Shown piece by piece: positions 17,611 to 31,434 of a stretch of 64,000 nt of DNA. The translations under genes and the position numbers were made by a program. This stretch comes from Piromyces finnis finn. Taxonomy: Eukaryota; Fungi; Neocallimastigomycota. The stretch spans positions 311,654 through 375,653 of the forward strand of contig MCFH01000055.1 of the NCBI GenBank assembly GCA_002104945.1, in the 5' to 3' direction. Each line of letters starts with the position of its first letter. Positions within the stretch are counted from its first letter, which is position 1. The notes under the pieces are model-generated. The model searched no databases, was not told the origin of the DNA, and worked only from the letters and a program-made list of their open reading frames with translations.

Positions 17611-18248
17611 TTTTAATTTTATAATGCTTGCATTATTTTAATTTTTAGAAATGTTATATTAATTAACGAATAAGTTAGAAATATCTTTATTTCAAATATA
17701 TATAATATAGTATTTACTTTATTTCTCCGTATACATATATATAATTAATACAGGTTTAATTATTGAATAAATTTGAAATGTATTTATTTTTAAAATAATA
17801 TATATTTTATTATTTTATATATTTTATATACAAGGAAACTTTCAAAATATATAAAAATAAAGAAATACAATTTTAATATCTGTTATTTAAATGTGTTATT
17901 AAATATCAAAATTTTAAATATAAAAACTTTAAATTAATAAAATTATTTCAAAAGGATTAGGAAAAAAAAGTGGATAAGGTTCCATTTATTTTTTATATAG
18001 AGATATTATTAATTAAAATAATTAATTAATTATATAATTATATATAAATTCGTTTATTTTCTTACTTTATATACAATATTCCATTTCTTTGTATTAAAAC
18101 ATTTCATTATTTTTTAATTTATCTTATTTTTATTCAAAAATGCAATCGAATTAAATTTGATAGCGTAATACTTTAAAAAAAGCAAATAAAATATATATAT
18201 ATTTTTTTAATAAAATATTTAAGAGTAGGAAAATTTTGATTTTTAGAA

Positions 18249-21200
18249 ATGTCTGATATTATATATAAATGCGTTTTACAACATGATATCGATCAATTGC
18301 GTTCATTGTTGAAGAAACAACCTAATTCAAAGGATATTAATTATTATTCATCTTTTACTGGACAAACACCATTATTATTGGCATGTTCTCTTGATCATAG
18401 AGATAGTTTATTAGCATTAATTCAATGTCCATTGGTTAATGTAAATCTTCAAGACTTAGAGAGTAAATATATATTTATATATATATATATTATTAAAGAT
18501 GTATTATTATTATCATCATCATTATTATAATATTTAACATAATTTTATTTATTATATGAAAATATATAATAAATTAATATTTTTATGAAGGTGGTTATAC
18601 GGCACTTCATTATTGTCTTTATCATGGAAAATTACAATTTACAATTGACATTCTAAAATTACGTAGAGCTGATTGCAATTTAGCTTTAAAAGATAAAGAA
18701 GGAATGACATGCTTTGATTTATTAAATTCTTCTTTTAAGGCACTCCAAAAAGTTAAAATAGAAAATGAAAAAATAAATATTGTTAAAAATGGCTCAAGCT
18801 TTGATGTTTTAAATACTGAAATAATTAATTCTGATATAGATACTGATTTAGAAGACAAAAAAAATCATTTAAGTAATAATTCAGATGACAATAATTCTGA
18901 TAATGATTATAGTTTTTCAGATGATTCTGACATAAATAAAGAAAATACCGATTCTTTAAAATGTCAACCTTCAATGAGTTTATGGACTTGGGGTTCAAAT
19001 TCAAATTATGTATTGGGTCATAATAATACTGATAACAGAACCTCACCTGAAAGTGTTCGTCTTGATTTACCATTAAGAAATAATGATAAAGGAATACATT
19101 CAATACAATTATTTACACCATTAATTCATAAAACTACAATGTCAAAATTTCATACTGTTGTTAAAGTAGGAAATGAAGTACAATTGTGTGGTAAAATATT
19201 ACAAAAACGAATATCTCATCGCTTTTTTATTGTTTAAATATTATTATTATTATTATTATTATTATTATCATTATTTTATTATATTAATTTTATATATTTT
19301 ATATATTTATTAAATAATAAAATTATAATTTGAAGGTCATGGAAAAATAGGAAGACTTGGTTTTGGAAATGAAGCTACTCAATTTAACTTAAAAACATTA
19401 AGAATTGATAATTGTCAAATTCAAAATTTCTCGGTAGGTTACAATCATACTTTATTTATAGGAAGTAATGGTGAATTATTTACTTGTGGAGATAATACTT
19501 TTGGTCAATTAGGTATGATAGCGGTAGCTATATGATTGTTTATCTAAAATCAAAATATTAAAATTAAAAATTAAAACTATATTGAATAATTATAAATTAT
19601 AAAATATTATAAATATATATTAAAGGTTATGAAACTGAAAATTCTGTAATGGAAACAATGCCTAAGGAAGTTCAAAGTTTAAAAAATATTCCAATTATTA
19701 AGGCATCATCATGTAAATACCATAATCTTGCATTAGCAAGAAATGGAACTCTTTATTCATGGGGTTTAAATTTAGGTATCTAATAAATTATTTATATACA
19801 ATATACAATTATTATATATAAAAAATATAATATTAATTACTAATTGATTTATGTCAATATTAACTAAAGGTCAATTAGGACATCCAGCTAAATATGATAC
19901 AATAAAAACACCAAAAAGAGTATCATTAATTATTCAGCAAGATATTATTGATATAAAGACATGTGTAACGGCGTCAGCATGCTTATTATCTTCATATAGT
20001 GTTATTATTTTAGTAAATTATACTACTCAAAAATTAAATTTTGTTATTCCACCAAAACCTTTATATCAATTAACAGCTCAAAATTTTGAGGTATCAAATA
20101 GAAAGTCATATTTGAAGAAGAAAAATGTTCAAAAAACAAAAATAACAGCAATCGAATCAAATCAAAATAATAATTTTATAGCTTTATCAGAATCTGGTGA
20201 TATTTATACATGGAAGGTTGATATACCAAAGAGTAAAAGCAATAATGATGAAAAGAAAATTCCAGGAGAGAAATTAAAGCAAAAATCATCAATAAGTAAT
20301 ATTGCAGTAAATATAGGAAGAGCTGCAATTCCTGGTGAAATTGCATATATTTTGAATTCTAAAGAAACTGATCTTGTAAGTGTATCTGATGCTTATTTAG
20401 TATATTCTACAGAAAGAAATTATATGAAGCCTTTAAAAATTGCTATTGGTATTGATGGCAATATCTTATATTCTACTAAATTTGGAGATGCATATTTTGG
20501 TGTTCTAAAAAATAAAAGCGACTTTAAAGATATTGCTTTAAAATCAAATAGTAAATTTTATAAATTTAAAAAAATTCCTGCTTTGCAACATATTGTAGAT
20601 GTATTTGCTAATTCATCAGGTGCGTATGGTGCAATTAGATCAGATTATCGTCCGAAGTTGATACCAATAATTAAGGGAACTCTAAGTGAAGATATATCTG
20701 ATTTATATCAAACAACAGCTAATTTTATTGATAAAAAATTAATATACGATGGTATATATGATGTTATTTTTGAAACTTCAGACAACATTTATCATTATGC
20801 AAATAGTGCTATATTAGCTGCTAGATCAAACTATTTTTATGAATTATTTGTTTTGCAACAATATAAGAATAATGCATCCAGGATTGTTAATGCTAACAGT
20901 AATTATATCATTAAAGAATTAGATAATAATGATAAAAGTATTAAAACTGAAGTATTACATGAAGAAATTATTGATGATATTATTACATTATTTGTTACTA
21001 AATTAATGTCATCTAAAAATAATTCCTTGGATAATATATATCGAAATAATCTTTTTATTTTTAGCTTAAAAGATATTCATTCTCAGTCTCTTAGTGTTTT
21101 ATTGAAATTTATATATTCTGACGTCTTTGATAATATGATTATGAAACAAAGGTATATTAATAAAAATAGTAGAAAGCTTTATGAAGACTTTATTACACTT

Positions 21201-22996
21201 GCAAAACTTTTTGAATGCTATGATTCTCATAATAAATTACCGACAACAACATATAAACCGACGACTAATATATATATGTCAGAAGAGTTAACTCAAATTA
21301 ATAATGTTGTTCAATTTGATTATTCCAAACAACTTGAACGTATGTGGCATGATACAGGCTTGTTAAAATTATCAGATGTTATATTAAAATTGGATTGTAA
21401 TGTCAGTCTTCCAGTTCATCGTTCTATATTATCAAAACGTAGTAAATTTTTTGAAGTTATTCTAGCTATGGATTCAATATGGATCCATCGTGATAAAGAT
21501 TTTGATAATAAAATTATTATTGACTTTTCTCATGTGAAAATGGAATATATGTCATTTATATTACGTTATATATATGGTGATTTTGGCGTTGAACAATTTG
21601 AGAATAAATTCCAAAAGCATGTTGAAGAAAAATATAAAATCCCATGTAATAAATTGGATAATTATATTGATTTAATTGTTGAAATAATAATTTTAGCGGA
21701 TGAATTGATGCTTGATGAATTTATTGATATATGTAGTAGAATACTTGGCTCTGTATTGGATATAAATAATGTTGTTAATATTCTTCAAATTTCTGAAAAA
21801 TACAATGCTTTCAAGTTAAAAGCTTCATGTATTCAATTCATATGCTCAAATCTTATTACATTAATTGAAAATGGAAAAATAGATATTCTTGATCATGATG
21901 TTTTATATGAAATACAAGAATCTCTACAACAATTGCAAAATAAAAAATTCAAATTTACAAGAGGTGAAAACTCGTATTATAAGCGTATTAAAACTATGGC
22001 AGAAGAAGAAACTAATCAAAAGAAACTTAGAGAAAAAAGTAAACGCCAAGAAAAGAAAAATAGAAAGAATAGTACCAATAAAGAAAAGGAGAAAGGAAAA
22101 GAAATTAAAATTGAAGAAGAATTGTGGCAGCCCTCACAAGAAGATATTCAGGAACAAATTTTAATATATCAATTAGCGATGGCAGAACAGGAAGCTCGAA
22201 AAAATAATAATAATTCTTCAAATAATACTAACGGAAAAAAGAAAAAAAAGAATGCTAAAGGAAAAGATAGCGATAGTAGCAATGGTAATAATAAAAATAG
22301 TAACAACTATTCCAAGATAAAAGAGAATAAAGATTTATATGATTTATCATTTATTGCTGAAATACAAGATGAAATAGCGTCGAATTCCAATAATTTTGCT
22401 TCCTCCTCATCATCTTTGAATCTTCAAACCGAAAATAAAAATGTAAATGATTCAAATAGTTCAATTAATAATAATAAATCATCAAAATCTAAAAAGGTAA
22501 AATATTCTAAATTAGATATATTTTCACCTGAATCTACAAGGAAAAATGCATGGGAAATTACTTCTCCTACTAATTTGGATACTAAAAAAACTATTTCAAA
22601 TGTTGTTAGTGCAAGTCCAAAGAATACAACAACTTGGAATACATCATCTTTAACTTCTAATGCAAATAGTCAATCAAGTACTACTGTTAGTGGTTTGGCA
22701 TCTAAAGGTTGGGCTAATACAGTTCCAAATAAAAATAATAATGATAATAATAACAGCAATAATAAAAAGTTGATTGAAAAAAGTGAAAAGTAAATTTTAT
22801 TTAATATTATATTTGATATAAAAATCTTATATATAATGAATTTTATTTATATATATTAATCTATTTTCTATATAATTAGCAATAATAACGTTTTATCATT
22901 TAAAGAAATAATGAAGCTAGAACAAGAAAAGGTAAATTTTATTTTATTTTTTTTTATTTTTTTTTTTATGGTTACGGTTAAATATAGTTTTATTCT

Positions 22997-23038
<42 letters not shown>

Positions 23039-23500
23039 CATGTATATATAATAAAACAGGAAAATAATTCATCAACTTCTAGTATCAACAAACCATCTAA
23101 TTCATTTAAAGGTTTCCAAAAATTATCTCAAAAAGAACGTATAAAAGCATCAAAATTATTAGCGGCTGAAACTAGTGAGCCAACTGAGAAGGTAGCATGG
23201 GGTGGTGCTGGAATGATTAACAAAAATAAAGGACCGTCTATATTAGCATTACAACATAATAATGAAACTATAAATGGTTCATCGAAAAAATCTGCTACTA
23301 AAAATAATGCTTGGTCTAATAGATCCTTTTTAAATATTCAACAAGAACAACTTAAAACTCAAAAAGCACAGCAAAAGAAATTAAATAAATCTTTAATGCA
23401 AATCCAGACAGAAGAAAAAGCTATTGAAGCTATTTTATCATTTTATAAGCAAACAAGTAATCTTGAAAATGGTGAATGGTTCTCTGTTTCAACACTCTAA
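18249..23500 (+). CDS. IBTK: Ankyrin-RCC1-BTB protein (IBTK / S. pombe Btb1-like cullin-3 adaptor)
   Basis: Ankyrin repeats (GQTPLLLAC, DLESGYTALH), RCC1 repeats (WTWGSNSNYVLGH, FTCGDNTFGQLG, YSWGLNLGQLGH), two BTB-like regions (HRSILSKRSKFF) plus BACK, and a low-complexity tail ending SLMQIQTEEKAIEAI. Confidence 0.88.
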
Positions 23501-24239
23501 TTGCTTAATATCTTAATGATATTATATTATTTTTATATGAAACTAATACATATATTTCATATTTTCATATTTTAATATATATAAATATGCTATCTAAATT
23601 TTTTTATTTTTTATTTTTTATTTATTATAAGTATTTATACCTTTTTTTTTTTTTTTTTTTGAATTTTGAAAATAATTTCTAAATGTATAATGAACTTTGA
23701 AATAAATACATAATTAATTTATAAATTAATTTATTATATTATTATTATGCATGTTTAATAATAATATACGAATAATGATATACACATATATATAAATGAT
23801 GCATCGTTTTTTTAAATAAGGATTATTTATTAGCTATTTTTATTTATTAAAAAATATTTTTTATTATTGTAATTTATTCTTGTTATAATTTATTTCAACT
23901 TTTATTTTAATATTATTAATATTTATGAATTGAATATTTTTTGTTTATATTTATTACAAAAAATAAACTATTTTAAAAAAGAAATATACTTTTGTTAATA
24001 GCTATGTGTTGATAATTTAAGATTGTGTTTATGTTTTATACTTTCAGTTATTTGAATAATTTAATAATTTAATTATATTATTATTATTATTATTATTAAA
24101 TGATATTTTTACAATTTTTATTATTTTAATATTTTATTACTAAATTTATATATTTGATTTTTGTTTAATAACAATATCAATTTTATTATATTTGTATTAT
24201 ATATATATATATATTATTTTTTATATTTTAGATATATAA

Positions 24240-25093
24240 CTATGATAAATATATTTTTCTTATATTTTCTTGTGTGAGTTTCACAAGTGTTATTGGACAT
24301 CTTTGATTTTCTTCAATATAATTAAATATACAAGGATAACAAAAGGCATAACCTGTTGATGTTACTGCAGTATTTGTTCTTTTGTGATGACATAATGGGC
24401 AAATAGTTACATCGTCTGGAATTGGTAAGCCATCAGGATGTTGCTATTTTATGATTATTAATATTAATAATATGAACAATAATTAAAAATTTATTTATTG
24501 TAATAAAAAAATATAGTAATCATTGATAACAATTATATATATAATAATTTAGCAACTATATGTGTTATACCTCTAAAGCTTCAGGTGGTGTTGGAATATT
24601 AGATTGGTCTACAACTGTATTCGATTTAACTTGATTTGTCCACCATTCCATAAATTTAAAAGTTAGAACAAAAATAGGTAATGCATATTTTAAAAGTTCA
24701 AATCCCCTTGATGATACAGTTTTCATTATTTCTAAAAATTTTCTAGTGAACTTTACATCAGAGTTTTGAAGAATATTTCTTATAATTTCCATTATTTTTT
24801 CTTTATTTTCATGATTCTTTTTCTATAATGTTTTATTAAACTTAATTATTATTTATATATTTTATTTATATATTATATTTATATATTACTTAGAAATTAT
24901 ACACACATAATCTTCCATATTCATTCTTTGTATTTTTAATCCTATTAATTGAAGCCATGGGTTAAAATAATCAGTTTTATCATATAGATAACAGATTCTT
25001 TGTATAAAGAATGTTGTATTGAAAAGCATATTAACTAATGGATAATATTTTAAGAATTTTTTCTTCATATTTTCTTTTATTTTACTTTTTAAC

Positions 25094-25124
<31 letters not shown>

Positions 25125-26038
25125 TTATATTATATTATAATAGAGAATTAACAATTTTAAATAATTTAAATTACTGCATATAATTTGATACTTTTTTTGA
25201 ATAATATTTTATTAAATTTCTTACATTTTTTTCTTCATTAAAATCATATTGTTCTGTATAATTAGAGATTCCTCCTCCTAAATCTTCATATAATATATTT
25301 AACTTTTTTCTTAAATATGGTAATCCAATCTTTTAAATGTAGATTATATACGAATATTAAAATATGAAATTATAATTGTTTGAATATAATTAATTTAAAT
25401 TATTTTAAATATAAATTCATTAAAAATATAGTGTTAAAATATTTATATATATATATTTTAAAAATTACTAGAAATAATAAAGAATAATTTATTTGTTTTT
25501 GATTTAGGTCGGATTTTAAATATTTTTGTTTTGTTGGTGATATATTATTACTTAAACATGGTACTCTTTTAAATGAATAATAACTTTCTGTAAATGAAGC
25601 ATCTTTATATATAATAAAAATTTATAAGTTAATAATTATAATAAAAATAAAAATATTTAATTAAATTTTATTATCTCTTTTTTGAAATTTACTATATTTT
25701 TTTAAGTAATATCTTTCAATGAAAAACATAATTAATGAATAAATTTCCTGACTTCTATTAGCAATTCTAAGAAGATATCTAGGGTATCTTTGGGCATAAA
25801 TCTTTTATTTTATTAATGAAATATAAAAATAAAGATATTTATTATTATTATTTAATTTGTTAATAGAGGACTGATGAAGTTTAGGAATAATAAATTTTCA
25901 ATTGTTAATTTTAATTACAGATAATATGTATTCTATTGCTGGTTCAATAAGCTCATCCATTTTTTCCTGATTAATTAATTCAAAAAAAGAAGGCTTATTG
26001 GGATCGAAAAAAAATAAATTGAGGGAATTAACATTCAT
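24240..26038 (-). CDS. PEX12: Peroxin 12 (RING peroxin)
   Basis: PSFFELINQEKM...IYAQRYPRYLLRI...ERYYLK...ASFTESYYSFKR...IGLPYLRKKL...FKFMEWW, and the C-terminal degenerate RING CPLC...TGYAFCYPC...CPIT. Exons join via GT-AG introns. Confidence 0.93.
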
Positions 26039-26691
26039 TTTCTAAAAATTATTAATCTAAATCCTATATACTAATTTATACAGAAAAAATATAATAGCAA
26101 AATAAAAATAAAAATAAAATAAATAAAAAAAAATTATTTGAAATAGTTAAAATACTTATTTCTCTTGTAATTTGCGAATAATTTCAATTCAACCCATTTA
26201 ATAAAACCAACTAAATATTGCGAAAAACAAATATAAATTCATTATATACAATACATAGTATTTATAAATATTCTTGAGATAAAATAAAAACTTCCTCAAC
26301 ATTCACTAAAAAAAAATTAATATTTAAAAACTCCATAAACAAAAAATAATTTTCTTTTTGTATTTTATTACATAATAATTATAAAAATTATCCTCATAAT
26401 TCCTCTAAACTTCCAAATATATTTTTCTCATTTTGTTAAATTCCTTTAAAAATTAAAAACAACCATTGAATTAAATATTTTCTTTAATAAATATTTTTAT
26501 TGCAATTTATTATTTACTTTTATATTTCTTGTCTATATTATATATTCTCATTATAAATTCCAAATTTACTGACGCTTCACTTTATTTATTAATTTATAAC
26601 ACAAATTGAAATAATATGCTGTTTTTTTGAAACACAAAATATATCTTTATTTCCTTTAAATTAATGTAATTTTATATTCAATTTAATACAT

Positions 26692-27381
26692 TTATTGGAC
26701 GTAAGACCAGGTGCTATAAAAAAAATTATAAAAAATTTATTTAATAATTTATTACATTTATTATATATATTCATATAAGTAATAAAAATAAAAATCGATA
26801 TTTACTTCTTAAGGTAACCAGATTGAGTGGCTAATCTGTCAAGAGAATCGTTAGATTCACCTTGGGATCTGACATTACCAGAGAAGGCAAAGGTAGTGAA
26901 AGTCTTGGTGTAGACACCAGTTTCTGGGTCAACATCACCAATGTTGATTTGGACGGAAGCGTGGTCCTTAGCAGTGATAAGACGACCAGTGGCAGAGCTA
27001 TATTTTATTTTAAATAATATATTATTATTATCTATTTTATAATTTCATATTCCATTATCATTTTATTATATCTACTTGAAGTTAATACTAACCACTTTCT
27101 TGGGATGTAAAGATCAACGAGTTTTCCCTTATCGTTTTGCTATTAATTATTATAATTATAATTAAGTACAAATTAGTAATTAATCCATTGAGTAATTTAA
27201 TTTTCATTTCAATTTTTTAAAAATAGAAACAAAACAAACACACATATTCATCAATAATTAATCATCTTTCAAAATAAGAATATACTTTTTTCATAATATC
27301 ATTCATCATCAAAAATATAAAAACTCATAACATTAACATCATTTAAAAAAAAAATAAAGCATTCAAAATAATATATACCAT
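26692..27381 (-). CDS. RPS21: 40S ribosomal protein S21 (eS21)
   Basis: M|[16 protein letters not shown]|[20 protein letters not shown]...[10 protein letters not shown]|TWSYVQ*. The first coding exon is the ATG alone (27379-27381). Confidence 0.96.
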
Positions 27382-27499
27382 TTTGTGTTCTTATTCCTTA
27401 TTTAAAATAAATTAAATAATTTACTGAGAAAGAGGGAAATTAAGTTTTATTATTTTGCATTTCTTTTTTTTTTCGTGATAATTTTTTTCCACCTATCAT

Positions 27500-27506
27500 C
27501 CAATCA
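27500..27506. promoter_or_regulatory. CCAAT box upstream of RPS21
   Basis: CCAATCA about 120 bp upstream of the RPS21 ATG. Confidence 0.45.
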
Positions 27507-27860
27507 TTAATCAACAATATATCATGTGTATTTATGTATATATATATATTCATGAATCTTCATTTAAGAAAACATAAATTTATGAAAATTTGATTTATAT
27601 TTTATTTTTTATTTATTGTAATTCTTTAGTATAAATTATTTTATTTTAATATTTACTATTTTATTATTTTATTATTATTATTATTTAATATCTAATTTAT
27701 TTTATTTTAAATTTATGTGTTTTAGCAATTATTTCGGGGTTATTTATTTTATATTATTTATATTTTTACATTATAAATAAAAATGTATGTATATGTAAAA
27801 TTTTAATTCGTTTTTTTTAATAATGTTTCTAGTGTACTACTAGTTAATATTTAATTACTT

Positions 27861-28631
27861 TTATTTTTCAAAAGCATCAATAATAGCTTGGTACATTTCC
27901 ATTGCAATCTTTATTCTAACTCTATCCTCATCTGAATTTTCTGGTAATTGTCTTTCAGCTTCAATTAAATTTTGTTTAGTGGCAGATAAATCAATATAAT
28001 CCAATGGATAAGCTTCAGCAGCGGAAATACTCATTGATTTATCTGGATTAATAATTGCAAAACCTCCACTTACTATTTTTTTAAAAAAACAATAAGTTAT
28101 TAATTAGATAACAAATTTTTACTTTAAATTAATTACAATACAATATTACCAATAAATTTTTTAATTTCTTTATTTTGTTCAACTTCAACAAGTCCACCAA
28201 GAATACGTTGAGCAAAAGCATCTTGTCCAGCTTTAATTTCAACAGGTCCTTTTTCTGTTGTAAATTTTACTCTTTCAACTTGTTCATTGTTGAAAAGGCT
28301 CTTTATAAAAATGACATTTCAAATTACATTTGTTAATATATTTTAATTTTTCTTTATTCTTTATTATTATATTAATACATTAATAATTTGATTATTACTT
28401 TTTTTGGGGCAGAGAAATTTAAAGAAAATTGTTGTAAAGAGCGAGTAGCTATGACATGGGTAACTGTATATTTGATATATATAATTTTATTGATTAAAAC
28501 AACAAATTAATTATTTTTTCAATAAAAAATGAAACTTTAATTACTATGATAAATTAAGATGATATTTTATTACGGTTTGGTATTAATTTTGTTTTATTTA
28601 ATAATTTTAAAGAACTGTTAAATAAAGCCAT
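27861..28631 (-). CDS. ATP16: F1-ATP synthase delta subunit with N-terminal organellar presequence
   Basis: Four exons give MALFNSSLKLLNKTKLIPNLTHVIATRSLQQFSLNFSAPKKSLFNNEQVERVKFTTEKGPVEIKAGQDAFAQRILGGLVEVEQNKEIKKFIVSGGFAIINPDKSMSISAAEAYPLD...IIDAFEK*. This is colinear with yeast Atp16 (LKLQFALP...KKFFISGGFATVQPDS...AIEAFPL). Confidence 0.9.
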
Positions 28632-29281
28632 TTGATGAAAGGATATTTGACTAATTTTATAGATAAAAATAAAAAAGGAAGTATATTATGAATTTATTAT
28701 AAGAAATATTTTTTTTTAAAAAGATAGATGAATTTAATAGAAATTTACTCTTTCATTTATTAAAGTTTATTACAATATATTAATAATTTTAAGTGAATTT
28801 ATCCACATAATTTATATTTTCAAAAATTTTATTTTCGTTATTTAAATTAATATATTATAGAGTTTTATAATATATAGATTTAATATTTTATCTTTCTTAT
28901 GTAGAAGTAGAAAAAAAAATAACTATATAATAATTATAAAAATTTAAAAACAAAAACAAAAGCAAACACAGAAAAGGCAATTTAAATTTACTTTATATAT
29001 GTTTTTAGTATTCTTGCTTCTTTTTTTAATAACTAAATATCGAAGCAACATAAATTATAAATACTTAAATTATTAACGGACTATATATAACAAGTAAAAT
29101 AAAAAAATGCAGATAAACAAAAATAACAATTATTTTCTTTATTTATCAAATTTATTATATTTTAAATTTTTATATAAACTGATCATATATTTTAAATATA
29201 TACAAAATTATGAATACTATCAATGAAATTTTTTTCAGTAGTAGCTTTTGATAAACTTTAAATATAGAGTGCATAATTTAA

Positions 29282-31401
29282 TTATGAATTTCCCATAATT
29301 TGTGCTTTCTACAATTGAATATATATGTATAAAGTATATTATTATTTAATTATTATTAAATTAAAAATAAAAATAGCATTGATAATGCCATTTTAATTGA
29401 TATAATAAACTTACTAATGCCATGATATTTTCTCGTTGATCTGGTGGAAGACTACTTAATTGGTCTGGAGTTAAACTCATTACTTGCATTAATAATTGCT
29501 GAAAATTTATTAATTAATTAATTAATTATTATTAACTATCAACTGTTTTATATTATATAGTATTAAAAATATTTAGTACTTACTTTTTGTTGTTCTTGTA
29601 ACATATCACCACCTAAATTTATAATATTATTTTAATATTAATTTTTATATATTAGAAAAATGTAATATATTCTTACTACCATTAAATTGAGACAAAGTCT
29701 TGTTAACAGCATTCATATTCATATTTTGATTATTCATTCCTTGATTCTGTGTCATATTGGACATTTGATTTTGTTGTGACATTTGTTGATTTTGCATTGA
29801 AGCATTTGAATCATTCATATGAACTTGTAATATTCTCTTCATTATATTATTAATTATTGAATGTTAATTAATGCATTTATTCCATATATTTATAATTTAT
29901 AAACTTAGTAAAAATATTAACAAACAAACAAAAAAATCTACCTGTATTACATTTGGATCGACTATATTTAATGTTAATAGGGCCTTTATTTATATTATTA
30001 ATTATAATTAAGCTTAAATAAGTATATAAACAAATGAATAAATTAATTTATTAATATATTACTTGAAAAACTGCATATGATAATTGTGGATTCATTGTTA
30101 ATAAGTTTCTTGCTGCAACTGGATTGGTTTCGATAAGTGTCTTGTGGTAAACATAAATTAAATATTAAATATAAAATTAATATTCATATTATTATTAAAT
30201 TAGTATATTAACTTTATCTGTCATACTTTTATTTGTGACATTAATTCAAGTAATTCTCTTTGTGGAAGCATATTAACTGTATTTTGAATATTTTCTACAA
30301 TAGATTGATTTTGTTGATTTTGATTTTGATTTTGTTGTACATTTTGTGAAGTATTTTGCATGTTATTTGTTCTATTATTAAAATTCTTTCTATTCTGATT
30401 ATTAATAGTAAAAAATAATATTAGAATGAGAAAATAATAAAAAAAAGAAAATAATTGTTACAATTTCTGATTTTTTTAAAGGGTATGCTAATATGCTTAA
30501 TAATTAAAAAAAATATAAAAAAATATTATTTTATATATTACGTCATCATGTTGGAAATTATTATTTCCTGAATTGTTATTTACTCTATTACTATTATTAT
30601 TAATACTATTATTGTTATTGTTATTATTATTATCATGATTATCTTCCTTGTCATTATCAGCATAATCAACTCTTAATTCTCTTCCCCCAACTTCATAGGA
30701 ATTCAGTATTTATTTAAAATTATTTATATATAAATTTATAAATATATCACAAAAAATAATATAGGGTAGGAAACAACTTAATTTTAAATGGTATTAAGCT
30801 TTCCTCCAGTTATCTAAATTATTATTATTAATAATGATAATTTATCTTATCATTATTAAGAATTTTAAATCTTTAATAAATTACATTATTAATAATAAGT
30901 TATTTCATTCTTGCCAAGAGAAATACTGATATTCTCAACATTTTAGGGAAACATTAATGATTAAATATAATTTTATAAAATATTCCCTTTATTATGTTTA
31001 TAGTTTCTAACAGCACTTGCTGCAGTTTCAGCATCTTGATATTCACAAAAACCTATTTTTTATTGATGTATGATATTACTGAAATGAATTTTTATTGCTT
31101 TTAAAAAGTTTATATCATTTAATTTATATTTTAAAATACCATAACCACGAGGTTTTCCTGATTCTCTATCAAACACTAATCTTTTTATTATTGTTACAAT
31201 TGTTACAATATAATTGAATTAAATGAAAACGTTTTTTTTTTAAAAAAATTATTAAATTTTTGAAGTTTGAAATTTATATTGACATTTTTGTCCTTTGTTT
31301 TAATTTTTAATAAGTACCTAAATGAAACTACAGGACCAACTTCCTTAAAAATTTCAGTAAGTTGCTCTTCAGTGTAATCATCTTGAAACAACAATAATAG
31401 C

Positions 31402-31434
<33 letters not shown>

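Noticed and set aside
25866-25905. CTGATGA in a PEX12 intron (hammerhead core or box C)
   Set aside because: No GAAA follows the putative stem II and there is no box D partner or terminal stem. The TTCCTAAAC on the sense strand is too far from the acceptor and the donor is GTAATT, so it is not a U12 intron.
30466-30500. Possible extra cassette exon in an RNA15 intron (CATATTAGC...AGAAATT)
   Set aside because: The flanking exons already join in phase 0. Inclusion gives an immediate stop, and nothing else supports it without RNA data.
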